64,000 nucleotides of DNA from a virus (Duplodnaviria > Caudoviricetes). The position numbers and the translations under genes were made by a program. The notes beneath the pieces were generated by a model. That model ran no database searches and was not told the DNA's origin. It saw nothing but the letters and a program-made list of their open reading frames with translations. Location: positions 1-64,000 of IMG/VR virus record IMGVR_UViG_3300024058_000001. One strand, given 5' to 3'. The first letter of the stretch is position 1. Every line of letters begins with the position of its first letter. Shown here piece by piece: positions 1-9,836 of this stretch.

Positions 1-176
1 CTAAAATCTTTAGCATTATACATGTGCTCCATCAACGAATGGAATGCTACCCCTGTCACCAAAGGATAGCTTAAGGGAACAAACGGTTTTATGTACTTTA
101 CATACTTCAAGAAGTACATCCATTCGCATCTGTCGGCAGTATCAAGAGCCGTATGTGATAATCTTAGTTTTTTCAT
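1..176 (-). CDS. PD-(D/E)XK (RecB/Cas4-like) exonuclease, N-terminal part, truncated by window edge
   Basis: Manual translation from ATG at 176: MKKLRLSHTALDTADRCEWMYFLKYV...LVTGVAFHSLME, matching the LS.S.L.....C...Y...Y...G..FH..E start of phage PD-(D/E)XK nucleases; follows MazG in the replication operon. Confidence 0.65.
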   Translation of the reverse strand, partial: MKKLRLSHTALDTADRCEWMYFLKYVKYIKPFVPLSYPLVTGVAFHSLMEHMYNAKDF

Positions 177-181
177 GTTAA

Positions 182-502
182 CTATCGCCAATCCCTTTTA
201 CTAACTTCGTCCCAAGCATCACGAATGCAATCCTGAAAGCTAAATCCTCGTTTAGCACAGTAAGCCATTAGAAATATTGCAATGTCACCTATAGCATCTT
301 TGGCTTTAGTTTCATGCTCTTTTTGGGTTCCGCGAATGCCTTGTAAACCTTTTAGGTGTGCATGTGAAAGTTCTCCGAGTTCTTCCATAGCTCCAATCAA
401 ACATCTGGACATACCAGATTCTTTATCCTTATTAGGAAAATTCTTATTGTTCCATCGTTCAACTTCGTCTTGTTTATCATCTAAATCATATGGATAGCTC
501 AT
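182..502 (-). CDS. MazG-like nucleotide pyrophosphohydrolase
   Basis: EELGEL...DAIGD acidic helical motif of all-alpha NTP pyrophosphatases; 106 aa. Confidence 0.8.
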   Translation of the reverse strand: MSYPYDLDDKQDEVERWNNKNFPNKDKESGMSRCLIGAMEELGELSHAHLKGLQGIRGTQKEHETKAKDAIGDIAIFLMAYCAKRGFSFQDCIRDAWDEVSKRDWR

Positions 503-535
503 GGCTTCCCCTTTCTTTTGTTGAAAAGTTTTTCA

Positions 536-2029
536 TTAGTCTAATGCCACCCAAACAGATTTTACTTGTGTGTAAAGTTCTATAGCTGCCTTACCAAGTT
601 CTCTACCAAACCCACTTTGTTTAAAACCTCCAAATGGAGAAGCTGCGTCAAATACATTATAACAATTAATCCAAATGGTTCCTGCTTTAAGCTTCTTAGC
701 CAATCTATGGGCTTTGCCTATGTCTCTTGTCCAAATACCTGCAGATAGTCCATATAGAGTATTGTTAGCCCTCTTAATTAAGTCATCCATATCTTTAAAA
801 GAAAACACAGTAACTACAGGGCCAAAAATTTCTTCCTTGGCAATAGTACAATTATCATCGTCACAATCAAAGATAGTAGGTTTAACAAAATATCCTTTAT
901 TCCTAGCAGGCCCTCCTCCTGTAATAAGAATAGATCCTTCCTTTTTACCAGTTTCAATAAGACTCAAAACCTTAAAATACTGTTCTTTGGATACCAAAGC
1001 ACCCATTTCAGTCTTTGGATCTAATGGATCACCTATAACTATCTTATCTGCCTTTTCTTTAAATTTATGTAAAAACTTATCTTTTATAGACTCTTGAACG
1101 TATAGACGTGAACCTGCACAACATACTTCTCCTTGATTAAAGAAAATACCTGTAATGGCTCCCTGTACCGCTGCGTCTATATCCGCATCATCAAATACAA
1201 TATTAGGTGCTTTGCCACCCAATTCTAAAGATACTTTCTTAAGATTGCTTCGAGCAGCCATTTCCATAATAAGTCTGCCTACTTCTGTAGATCCAGTAAA
1301 CGCTACTTTATCAACATCTTCATGCAATGCAATAGCTGCTCCTGCAACTGGGCCATAACCTGTCACAATGTTTACTACGCCTGCGGGAAGATGCGTCATA
1401 AATAACAATTCTGCAAAACGAAGTGCCGTTAAGGGAGTTTGTTCCGCTGGCTTTAAGACTACAGTACAACCTGCAGCCAATGCTGGCCCTAACTTCCATG
1501 CTAACATTAGCAACGGAAAATTCCAAGGAATAATCTGTCCTACAACCCCTACTGGTTCTCTAAGAGTATAGTTAAGAAATTCTCCATTAACAGGAATAGT
1601 TTCGCCTTCAATCTTATCTGCTAATCCTGCATAATACTCGAAGCATTCTACAGCTAGAAGAAGATCAACATTAGAAGTTTCACTAATAGGTTTTCCATTG
1701 TCCAAACTTTCTAGTTGAGCAAATTTTTCTTTGTCTTTGTCTAAAAGAACAGCAATACTATGAAGTATCCTACCTCTTTCTCTAGCTGTAAAGGTACTCC
1801 AAGGCCCATTGTCAAACGCTTCACGTGCTGCTGCAACGGCTGCATCCACGTCTACAGCCCCTGCTTCTGCCACATCAGTTAACTTTTCTTCCGTAGCAGG
1901 ATTAATTACATCAAACCGCCTTCCAAGATCAGCTTCAACCCACTCATTATTAATAAAAAGCTTCCCTGGCTTAATTTCATTTCTTACATCTGGCAATAAC
2001 GATTCATCTACTTTAAGTTTAGTACTCAT
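536..2029 (-). CDS. NAD(P)-dependent aldehyde dehydrogenase (ALDH1/2-like), intact
   Basis: PWNFP, FTGSTEVG, LELGGK (catalytic Glu), FFNQGEVCCAG (catalytic Cys), EEIFGP, GGFKQSGFGRE; ATG overlaps the polymerase TGA (ATGA). Confidence 0.97.
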   Translation of the reverse strand: MSTKLKVDESLLPDVRNEIKPGKLFINNEWVEADLGRRFDVINPATEEKLTDVAEAGAVDVDAAVAAAREAFDNGPWSTFTARERGRILHSIAVLLDKDKEKFAQLESLDNGKPISETSNVDLLLAVECFEYYAGLADKIEGETIPVNGEFLNYTLREPVGVVGQIIPWNFPLLMLAWKLGPALAAGCTVVLKPAEQTPLTALRFAELLFMTHLPAGVVNIVTGYGPVAGAAIALHEDVDKVAFTGSTEVGRLIMEMAARSNLKKVSLELGGKAPNIVFDDADIDAAVQGAITGIFFNQGEVCCAGSRLYVQESIKDKFLHKFKEKADKIVIGDPLDPKTEMGALVSKEQYFKVLSLIETGKKEGSILITGGGPARNKGYFVKPTIFDCDDDNCTIAKEEIFGPVVTVFSFKDMDDLIKRANNTLYGLSAGIWTRDIGKAHRLAKKLKAGTIWINCYNVFDAASPFGGFKQSGFGRELGKAAIELYTQVKSVWVALD

Positions 2030-4575
2030 TTAGGTATCTCCTCTAATTTTAGTTTTTTCATTTCTCCGAATCTAGTACCAGTTTTTATATCTACGACCAT
2101 CGAGACATTAATCTTAGGAATCGGTCTTTCCATTTCAGTTTTTACTAGCTTAATAACGATGTCCAGTTCTTCTTTCTTTACTTCTACGCATAATGAATCA
2201 TGAATAGTCAAAACAAGTCTAGATTCAAGAGCTTTATCATATAAAGCTTTCCTTACACGCAATGTAGCAATAGACAAAATATCATGCGCCCCGCCTTGAA
2301 TAGGACTATTAACAGCTTGTCGCTTCGCATGTTCTTTTACAGCAGGATTACCTGAATTAAAATCCTGGTACAATCTTCTTCGGCGACCTATCCAATTTAC
2401 TACTTCGCCTACTGATTCTGCTCGTCTTTCGGTATTTTCCATCCACCGCTTCATTCCAGGATATCTTGTAAAAATTGCATCAAATACGCCTTTGACTTGA
2501 TCTAAAGATAAATCTGTTTCTTTAGCTAAATTATCTTCACTCTTCCCATATATAACAGAATATACAATGGTTTTAGCCTTATCTCGTATTTCTTGAGTAA
2601 CTTCTTCATAAGGAATACCAAAACCAATAGATGCAATTTTCTTATGAATATCCAAATCTTTATTAGAAATATCAGTAATCATTGTCTCGTCGCCACACTC
2701 ATTGGCTAATAATCTAAATTCTATCTGCCCAAAATCTGCCTCTAATAAAACATATCCAGGTGAAGCAATAATACCATTTCTAACTTCTTTGGCTTTCTCT
2801 GAATCTCTTATAGGAATATTTTGAAGATTTGGATTAGAGCTAGATAAACGTCCTGTAACCGTTACATGTTGTTTATAACTTGTATGTAACTTACCGTCAC
2901 TTTTTACTAAATCAGGAATAGGAGCTATGTAAGTAGATAAAAATTTACGTAGTTTTCTATGCTCCTGAATTACCTTTGGAATTTCATGATGGTCAGCTAA
3001 CTTTTCTAGCACATCCTTATCGGTAGACGGTTTCTTAGGGCCTTTTGTTTTTCTATTCTTGTTAGAAACGTATTTAAGTATTGGTAACTTAAGAATATCA
3101 TAAAACAATACACGCATTTGGTCGGATGAATTGAAATTAACTGGCTTCTTTTGCTTATCTTTTAATTGATTAACTTCAGGAAAATCATTTAAAGCTTCTT
3201 CCAGTTCATCAATTTTATGCTTGTACTTAATAGCTAACTTTTTATAGTATTCAACATCTACTGATACACCAATTAGTTCCATATCCGCCAATGCAAAGGA
3301 TAAAGGTACCATAACTTTTTGCAATAGCACCAATAATCCCTGAGATTTTAATTTCGGGAATAAATTAATAAAAACTCTAAGTGTACAATCAGAATCTTTT
3401 CCAGCATACTTAGCTAATGAATTTAAAGGAGCTTTAGCATACGTATCAGAATCAACATCTGTTTCTTTAACTCCCAAAATCTCATACAATTCATTAGCAT
3501 AGTCTCCCATATCCGTGTACTTTAAGGATAAGTCGGTTAATCCGTGACCACCCTTATCATTCTCATCAAGCAAATAATGCGCTAACATGGTATCAAATAC
3601 AACTCCACGTAATCGTATGTTGTGTAATCTAAAAAACTGATAATCATACTTTATGTTCTGTCCTACCTTCTTTATATTTATATCTTCTAAAAGTTCTTTT
3701 AGTATTTTCCATATTACTTTTTCATCCGTCCTAGCCCAAAATGGTTCTATCCCAAATTTATAAAAAGGAATTACCCATGCTTCCCCAGGTTTCCAAGAAA
3801 ACTGAACCATAATAATCTTGCCTGTTAGATAATCTCCAACAGTTTCTGTATCCACAGAGACAACTTTAGCTTTTTTAACATGTTCAGCTAACAAACTAAT
3901 TTTGTGTAAATTGTCGCACATGATTACATCCGTACCTAACTGATTAGTTTCTCCTGTTTCCCCGATTTGTTTAATCAGCTTCAAATCTCTAACAAACTGT
4001 TCTGTTGAATCCATATCCTCGCCTCTACGAATAATAAACGAAGGATGCCACGTAGGAACACAATAGCATTGGTATTTGTCACTCCACATGGGTTTTCCTC
4101 TAAGTTTGGTAATGCCATCAGCATTCAACACTCGTTTTAACGCTACTGCGCCTAATAGCCCAATAACTTTAGGCTTCTGAGCATATATCTCTTGGTCTAG
4201 GTAATCGGCACATTTCTTAACTTCAGAAGGTTTAGGTGCTCGATTACTAGGTGGTCTACACTTTACAGAATTAGTAATATAGATATTTTTTCTATCAATA
4301 CCTGCTTCTTTAAGATACTTAGTTAAAAGCTTTCCTGATTCGCCAATAAAAGGAATCCCTTGTATAATTTCGTCTTTACCAGGAGCTTCCCCTATCAACA
4401 TTATGTCAGATTTCTCATTTCCATGACCCCATAAACATACTAGCTTTTTGTCTTCCGCCTCGCTAGTCTTATGCAAAGGACACTGCTTACATTCGGGATC
4501 TCTCCCATTAACATGTTTCTTTTTAGATTTTACAACCTTCTTTTTAGTTTTTGTAACTTTCTTTTTCTTTAGCAT
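2026..4575 (-). CDS. polA: Family A DNA polymerase with N-terminal family-4 uracil-DNA glycosylase domain and 3'-5' exonuclease
   Basis: UDG4: CKQC, GEAPG, PFIGESG, NSVKCRPP, HPS; Exo I DTET, Exo II NIKYD, Exo III YAGKD; Pol: TGRLSSSNPNLQN, motif A DFGQIEFR, motif B RDKAKTIVYSVIYG, motif C HDS. Confidence 0.95.
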   Translation of the reverse strand: MLKKKKVTKTKKKVVKSKKKHVNGRDPECKQCPLHKTSEAEDKKLVCLWGHGNEKSDIMLIGEAPGKDEIIQGIPFIGESGKLLTKYLKEAGIDRKNIYITNSVKCRPPSNRAPKPSEVKKCADYLDQEIYAQKPKVIGLLGAVALKRVLNADGITKLRGKPMWSDKYQCYCVPTWHPSFIIRRGEDMDSTEQFVRDLKLIKQIGETGETNQLGTDVIMCDNLHKISLLAEHVKKAKVVSVDTETVGDYLTGKIIMVQFSWKPGEAWVIPFYKFGIEPFWARTDEKVIWKILKELLEDINIKKVGQNIKYDYQFFRLHNIRLRGVVFDTMLAHYLLDENDKGGHGLTDLSLKYTDMGDYANELYEILGVKETDVDSDTYAKAPLNSLAKYAGKDSDCTLRVFINLFPKLKSQGLLVLLQKVMVPLSFALADMELIGVSVDVEYYKKLAIKYKHKIDELEEALNDFPEVNQLKDKQKKPVNFNSSDQMRVLFYDILKLPILKYVSNKNRKTKGPKKPSTDKDVLEKLADHHEIPKVIQEHRKLRKFLSTYIAPIPDLVKSDGKLHTSYKQHVTVTGRLSSSNPNLQNIPIRDSEKAKEVRNGIIASPGYVLLEADFGQIEFRLLANECGDETMITDISNKDLDIHKKIASIGFGIPYEEVTQEIRDKAKTIVYSVIYGKSEDNLAKETDLSLDQVKGVFDAIFTRYPGMKRWMENTERRAESVGEVVNWIGRRRRLYQDFNSGNPAVKEHAKRQAVNSPIQGGAHDILSIATLRVRKALYDKALESRLVLTIHDSLCVEVKKEELDIVIKLVKTEMERPIPKINVSMVVDIKTGTRFGEMKKLKLEEIPK

Positions 4576-4576
4576 A

Positions 4577-5875
4577 CTATACCTTCTTTAGTTCTGCTTT
4601 TATGATTTCAGGGCTAAAAGGAAGCAGCCTTGATAGTACTCCTGTGTGATATTCCTTAGATACACTATCTTTTGCTTTACTAATCATCTTTAGGCATAGC
4701 GACAAAATTGATACATCGTCTCCACCACACCCACCTTCGCAATATACTAAATAAGACAGCCCATCTTCACTGTTATCTATTAGTTTAGTTAGTTCCTTAA
4801 CTCCCTTATAACGCACAAACGTATCGGGATCTTCTTCCCTTGGTAAAAACACAACTTTAGGGATTAACGAGTTTTCTATCATTATAGGAATATTTTTAAA
4901 CGCCATCAGCTTACCTGCATCGTCTCCGTCATACAGTAACACGATAGTTCTACACTTTTGTCCCAATAACTTACATTGCACAGGTGTAAGAGCACTCCCT
5001 AGTTGTGCTACTGCGTTAAATCCTTTTATTCTCATCCTAATGCAATCAAAATTGCCTTCTACCAGAATAAGTGGTTCTTTAGAAGTAGCTTGTTCAAATC
5101 CATACAAGAAATGTCCCTTTTTATAAAATTCAGAGTTAGTACTATTAATGTATTTGGGTACTTGTTCTTCGCTTATTGCCCTTGCAGAAAATCCTCGTAC
5201 ATGTTTTCCTACGCTACCAAATATAGGAAATATTAGCCTTCCTTCAAACTTTGGTACAAGACCATATCCATAATCACCAAACAATCTTGAATTAATTAGT
5301 TCATCATACGTAAACTTCATAAATTGCATATATTCTGCAAATCCTTTATAAGGACAAAATCCTAAATGGAAGTCTTCAACATCAGGTATTACAAATCCTC
5401 TATGTATTAAATATGCTTGAGCATCTAAATCTTTTTCTAACTCAGTTCTAAAATAATTAGCTGCTACGTTATTCAACAAAAGTAATCTTTCGTCGTCTAT
5501 GAGAGTAACAACGTTAGTGCGAGATTCTTTAAGTTCGTTCATCCAACGCTTTCTAAGGTACAACAAGTTTTGTTCTGTGCTATCTAAGGAGTAACCTGTC
5601 ATAATGGCCAACTTAGATAAAGCTGATTTAAAATCTACTCCGTCCAATTCCATAACTAACGTTAAAGCATCTCCACTAACTTTGCATGACCAACAATGAT
5701 ATTTAGTATCGCTCTTTCTAATAGTAAAACTAGGATTAGTATCGTCATGAAACTGGCAAATAGCATTAATCCATTCACCATTATCTTCTATTTGTGAAAA
5801 TCCATATTCTTTCAATAGAGATACTACATCAACTTTTTCTTTTATCTCTGTAGTATTTATATGTCGAACACTCAT
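4577..5875 (-). CDS. dnaG: DNA primase (CHC2 zinc finger + TOPRIM)
   Basis: CQFHDD...CWSC zinc finger, PKYINS, VEGNFD, YDGDDAG, EDPD; start moved to ATG 5875 overlapping the helicase stop. Confidence 0.93.
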   Translation of the reverse strand: MSVRHINTTEIKEKVDVVSLLKEYGFSQIEDNGEWINAICQFHDDTNPSFTIRKSDTKYHCWSCKVSGDALTLVMELDGVDFKSALSKLAIMTGYSLDSTEQNLLYLRKRWMNELKESRTNVVTLIDDERLLLLNNVAANYFRTELEKDLDAQAYLIHRGFVIPDVEDFHLGFCPYKGFAEYMQFMKFTYDELINSRLFGDYGYGLVPKFEGRLIFPIFGSVGKHVRGFSARAISEEQVPKYINSTNSEFYKKGHFLYGFEQATSKEPLILVEGNFDCIRMRIKGFNAVAQLGSALTPVQCKLLGQKCRTIVLLYDGDDAGKLMAFKNIPIMIENSLIPKVVFLPREEDPDTFVRYKGVKELTKLIDNSEDGLSYLVYCEGGCGGDDVSILSLCLKMISKAKDSVSKEYHTGVLSRLLPFSPEIIKAELKKV

Positions 5876-7254
5876 AAATCCATCCCTTCTAAATCCTTTT
5901 CTGATACGGTAGCAACATTTTCTTCTTTTGTTCCTTTTACATCCCCTATTATGCATAGATCAAGATCACACCATAACTTTGCGCTTTGAATTCTACCATT
6001 TCGACATTTAGGAACGGACATTCGCATTTCATGAGGATTAGCCTTATCCCAAATAAGTCCTATAATTAAATTGGCAGGATCGGCAATACGTTTACTTAGT
6101 GCAATATCTTCTATTTCTAAATCATCATCTGATTTCTTTTTCATTCCTTCTGCATTAACTTGTGCTGCAGAAATAACAGGGATTTTCAGAGTTCGTGCTA
6201 AACCACGTACATCTTCAGAAATTTCTGACATTTGTTCCCATCCATTTTTTCCTTTAGAATAAGCTTCAGGTTTCAACATACCAAGATAATCAATAAATAC
6301 TATATCTATACGCATGTTTTGTTGCAGTTGTCTCAACTGAGCTTCTATTAATCCTACGTTACATTTCGGAACATCGATAATATAAAATTCTCCGCTTCTA
6401 TTAGCTATATCATTTTTTAATACAAATGTTTGTTTATTTAATTGTTCGGCTGTAAGCTGCTGTGTTTTTATATTGATAAAAGGAATTTGTGATTCTAAAC
6501 TTAATATGCGTTCCCGTATTACTAACTGGGGCATTTCTAAACTTACATATACAACATTGTATCCATTCTTAGACGCATGATTTGCCCAATTGATTAATCC
6601 CATTGACTTACCACTTCCAGACTTAGCAATTAATAGCACATATTCAGCAGGCATAAAGCCTCCAGTTAACTCATCTAAAGCTTTCCATCCAGAAGGAATA
6701 CCTCTAAACTTTTCAGGATTATCCTGCATCTCTTTAAAGTAACTTAATAGATCGTCCACTTCCTTGGTATTTATAACTTCTAAATAGTTAGAATCCATTG
6801 CCGTTAATTTTAAATCATACAATTTTTTATCTAACTCTTTAAACGCTTTATTGCCACCTTTGGAATCTAAAATAACAGACGTAGATGCTAAAATATCCGA
6901 CATCTCTTTAGACATATAAGCTTGTTTAATAGACCTCATAGCAAAAGCAAATTCAGCATCATTTGTAGAAATCTTTTTTAGTTCGTCTATAAAACTTAAT
7001 ACCTTTATTCGTTCTTCTTGTGAAATACCCCAACTTTGCATATAGTTAGAAACTAAATCTACGGTAAGTAAACTTCCGTGTTTGCTATATACATTTGTAA
7101 CCATCTTAAAAAGATTCTTGTGAAGTTTTTTATTAAAATATTTTATGTTAATGGTCAATAACGCTTTGTTAATTCGATCTGTGCTAGTAAACAATCCTGC
7201 TAATATGTTCTTTTCTGATTCTAGATCTTCTAGTTTAATCTTAGCGTACGACAT
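5872..7254 (-). CDS. dnaB: Replicative DNA helicase, DnaB family
   Basis: Walker A AKSGSGKS, SLEM, IDYL, AQVN, KCRNG. Confidence 0.93.
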   Translation of the reverse strand: MSYAKIKLEDLESEKNILAGLFTSTDRINKALLTINIKYFNKKLHKNLFKMVTNVYSKHGSLLTVDLVSNYMQSWGISQEERIKVLSFIDELKKISTNDAEFAFAMRSIKQAYMSKEMSDILASTSVILDSKGGNKAFKELDKKLYDLKLTAMDSNYLEVINTKEVDDLLSYFKEMQDNPEKFRGIPSGWKALDELTGGFMPAEYVLLIAKSGSGKSMGLINWANHASKNGYNVVYVSLEMPQLVIRERILSLESQIPFINIKTQQLTAEQLNKQTFVLKNDIANRSGEFYIIDVPKCNVGLIEAQLRQLQQNMRIDIVFIDYLGMLKPEAYSKGKNGWEQMSEISEDVRGLARTLKIPVISAAQVNAEGMKKKSDDDLEIEDIALSKRIADPANLIIGLIWDKANPHEMRMSVPKCRNGRIQSAKLWCDLDLCIIGDVKGTKEENVATVSEKDLEGMDL

Positions 7255-7540
7255 TGCTTCTTTTCCTTTTTGTTGTTCTTGGTTTTTCCATAGTTATAGC
7301 CCGTATAACCTGTAGAACTATCTCCATCTGTGCATGATCGTCTTGATCTCCAATGCAATCATCCCGCATTTTTAGCAACATCTGCCATATTTCTCCTATA
7401 GCATTTTGTTCTATATCTTGGAAAGCTTCGACTAATTTATTGCATTGTTTGCATTCCCAAGGCTTCCTTCTCATTTCTAAAGCGGGTATTCCATGCCGTT
7501 TATCCGAACATAAACTCTTAGCTAACTCGGTATGTGTCAT
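7241..7540 (-). CDS. Hypothetical protein
   Basis: ORF with ATGA overlap to upstream phosphatase. Confidence 0.55.
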   Translation of the reverse strand: MTHTELAKSLCSDKRHGIPALEMRRKPWECKQCNKLVEAFQDIEQNAIGEIWQMLLKMRDDCIGDQDDHAQMEIVLQVIRAITMEKPRTTKRKRSNVVR

Positions 7541-8007
7541 GATTTTTCCTCCCATGTGTTACATTGCAAAACATGGTAGCCGTTCTCTCGCCACATGTCC
7601 ACAACCCGCTGTCTATCATCTACAATAAACTGAACCTCGTAGCCTTTGTCTCTTAGGAAATCATCTAACATTTCTAGCTTAATTACTTGGTCTGGTCTAT
7701 AATCCTTGTCTTTTCTCATTAAGAGATAGTCATATCTTATATCCTCTTTAGATAGCCATTCTACAGTTTTTTCTCTTACTATGTCATTTCGTCCAGAAAG
7801 AATTATAACTTCGCCATGTTTACGACAAATATTAAACAAATCAATAACCCAATAAATAGGCTTATCGTTTACACAAGCTTCCTGAAACTTACCCCAATGT
7901 ACAGGAGATTGTCTTACATAATGCAATCTATGGTTAATATCTGCCAATGTCCCATCTAAATCAAATATAAATAATTTTGTACAATCATGCATTCTGTTTA
8001 TATCCAT
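7537..8007 (-). CDS. HAD-family 3'-phosphatase (PNKP phosphatase domain as stand-alone protein)
   Basis: FDLDGTLA, SGR, LLMR..D.RPD...K, DDR..VV.MWR..G. Confidence 0.88.
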   Translation of the reverse strand: MDINRMHDCTKLFIFDLDGTLADINHRLHYVRQSPVHWGKFQEACVNDKPIYWVIDLFNICRKHGEVIILSGRNDIVREKTVEWLSKEDIRYDYLLMRKDKDYRPDQVIKLEMLDDFLRDKGYEVQFIVDDRQRVVDMWRENGYHVLQCNTWEEKS

Positions 8008-8536
8008 ATTTAATAAGCCTCCCTAATGTTTGTTTAGGATACGGTTCTCTTAGTATCCAATCAAAGCCCTCTTTGTAATCAGGTTCTATGTAATTCTTGT
8101 CAAACATATTCCAGATTTCTTCCCATTTTTCTTTTGTATATCCTCGGTTACTCTTCATGCGCCGTTCTACACATTCTTTTTTATTTAATCCAGGAAGAAC
8201 ATGTACTAATGTTTGTACATTATGATCTTCTGCTATCATTAATAATCTTCTTCTAGATCGTAAGCTTGTATTAGTTTCGTCTACTACAATGTTGTACCCA
8301 CTTCGCAAAAATAATTCTATGGCATATGTTTCTACATCATACACAAGCGATTCCAACTCAACATCAAACTTGTATCTATCGCCGTCTATCATGCTTCGTA
8401 GTCCATCACGTGAAACCACAATGTACTTTTTATCTGCGTATTTTCTAGAAAGCGTGGTCTTTCCACACCCTATGTTACCTACAAGAATAACCATTACTTG
8501 GTCTTTCTTTTTCTTATGTTCTTCTTTGTTTTCCAT
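7985..8536 (-). CDS. Polynucleotide kinase domain (AAA_33) as stand-alone protein
   Basis: GNIGCGKTT P-loop, SRDGLR, VVDETN, ERR lid. Confidence 0.82.
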   Translation of the reverse strand: MENKEEHKKKKDQVMVILVGNIGCGKTTLSRKYADKKYIVVSRDGLRSMIDGDRYKFDVELESLVYDVETYAIELFLRSGYNIVVDETNTSLRSRRRLLMIAEDHNVQTLVHVLPGLNKKECVERRMKSNRGYTKEKWEEIWNMFDKNYIEPDYKEGFDWILREPYPKQTLGRLIKYGYKQNA

Positions 8537-8672
8537 CGGATACCTCAGATTGTTTTTTTAGTTTAAAAACAAAATACTCTACCAACACATTGTGTTCCTT
8601 CCCATACGCTTGCCCAAAACATTCCGCATAAAACTACTATTCCTGTAACCGTAAGAGCATAAGACATTAGTT

Positions 8673-9638
8673 TCATAAACCCTCCTTTGTTTTTTCCTTT
8701 AACATGTCCAAGATTACAAATTGCTTTTTAGCTAAAATTTGCTTATAAAATTCAGGAAAACCTGCACAAATTTTTCTTTTAATTTGTGGCATAAAATACT
8801 TACTAAGAAACTTTTCGATTGTTACTTTTTCTTCCTTTTCTAAGTCAACATGTAATTCCTTCATTAACATGCCAATATCTTTAGGAGTAAAGGTTAGCTT
8901 TCCCTCATCTCGTAAATGCTGTATAGCTTTATTCCATCTTGCTTCTGTCCTAAAACCTTCAATGAAATTACCCAATGTATCTTTTCCAGATATATGTTTC
9001 CAATCCTTCATATGTTTCTCTTTAAACTTTTCACTAACGTATTTTCCAAAGCAAGAAGTAATCTCCCCGATTGTCGTCAACTGACCATAATTCTTAATTA
9101 CGACACCTTCTATTAAAGTATTTCCTAATACACTTTGAGTTATCTCTAATATATCAATAAATCTTTCATAGCCTTTGCTCTGTTCCCATTCTCCATTATA
9201 AATCAAAGGAACAGTCTCAAACCCAAGGTTATCCGCGTATTCTTTTATTACCTCGTAGCTTTTAACAAAATTTTGTCCTATCTTTACACCAAATACTATA
9301 ATGTTATATTTCGGAGTTCTTTCGTAAGCTAGTACGTTGTGTTTAGGTTTATTCAGATACTCTCCATAAACAAAAAATGGCCCGATTGATTCATGAATGG
9401 CCATAAGCTTATCCCGTCTGCTTTCTACTTCAATAGCAGCTTGTTCAAACATTTTGTCACACGATTCAAAATATATCTGCCTTCCTTTAGAACGCATGAC
9501 AACTTCACCGCTTTGGTCAACACCAAAACCAAACATACTGCCGTCAACCTTTTCTGTTATCTCAACTGTACCTTTAAAAAGGTTCTGTATGGCATCATGA
9601 CCTAATGTAAAAATCTTGGGATAGTGCGGTAATGGCAT
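8673..9638 (-). CDS. RNA ligase, Rnl2-like
   Basis: YPKI N-terminus, motif I TEKVDG, YGE, VPLIY.G, EGVVIK, KYV...FKE. Confidence 0.85.
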   Translation of the reverse strand: MPLPHYPKIFTLGHDAIQNLFKGTVEITEKVDGSMFGFGVDQSGEVVMRSKGRQIYFESCDKMFEQAAIEVESRRDKLMAIHESIGPFFVYGEYLNKPKHNVLAYERTPKYNIIVFGVKIGQNFVKSYEVIKEYADNLGFETVPLIYNGEWEQSKGYERFIDILEITQSVLGNTLIEGVVIKNYGQLTTIGEITSCFGKYVSEKFKEKHMKDWKHISGKDTLGNFIEGFRTEARWNKAIQHLRDEGKLTFTPKDIGMLMKELHVDLEKEEKVTIEKFLSKYFMPQIKRKICAGFPEFYKQILAKKQFVILDMLKEKTKEGL

Positions 9639-9656
9639 ATGTGCCTCCTTGATTGT

Positions 9657-9685
9657 ATTATACCACAGTAGACGGTATAAAGCAA
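9657..9685 (-). promoter_or_regulatory. sigma70-type promoter for RNA repair/replication operon
   Basis: TTGCTT-17-TATAAT with TG extension. Confidence 0.7.
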
Positions 9686-9836
9686 ATATTAATTTCCGTC
9701 CATAGTAACAGACGAAACATGTTTATCTTCTATACTAACTGTAACAACAACTTTCTTACCTTCTAATCCGTTTACAAGTAAATCCTTTATGTCAGTAAGT
9801 AACTTCCTATCTTCTTTGCTTAGTCTTACACCAAAA

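Noticed and set aside
2026-4575. DpoZ / Z-genome polymerase
   Set aside because: Motif B keeps the terminal YG tyrosine and no purZ or datZ gene is in the window
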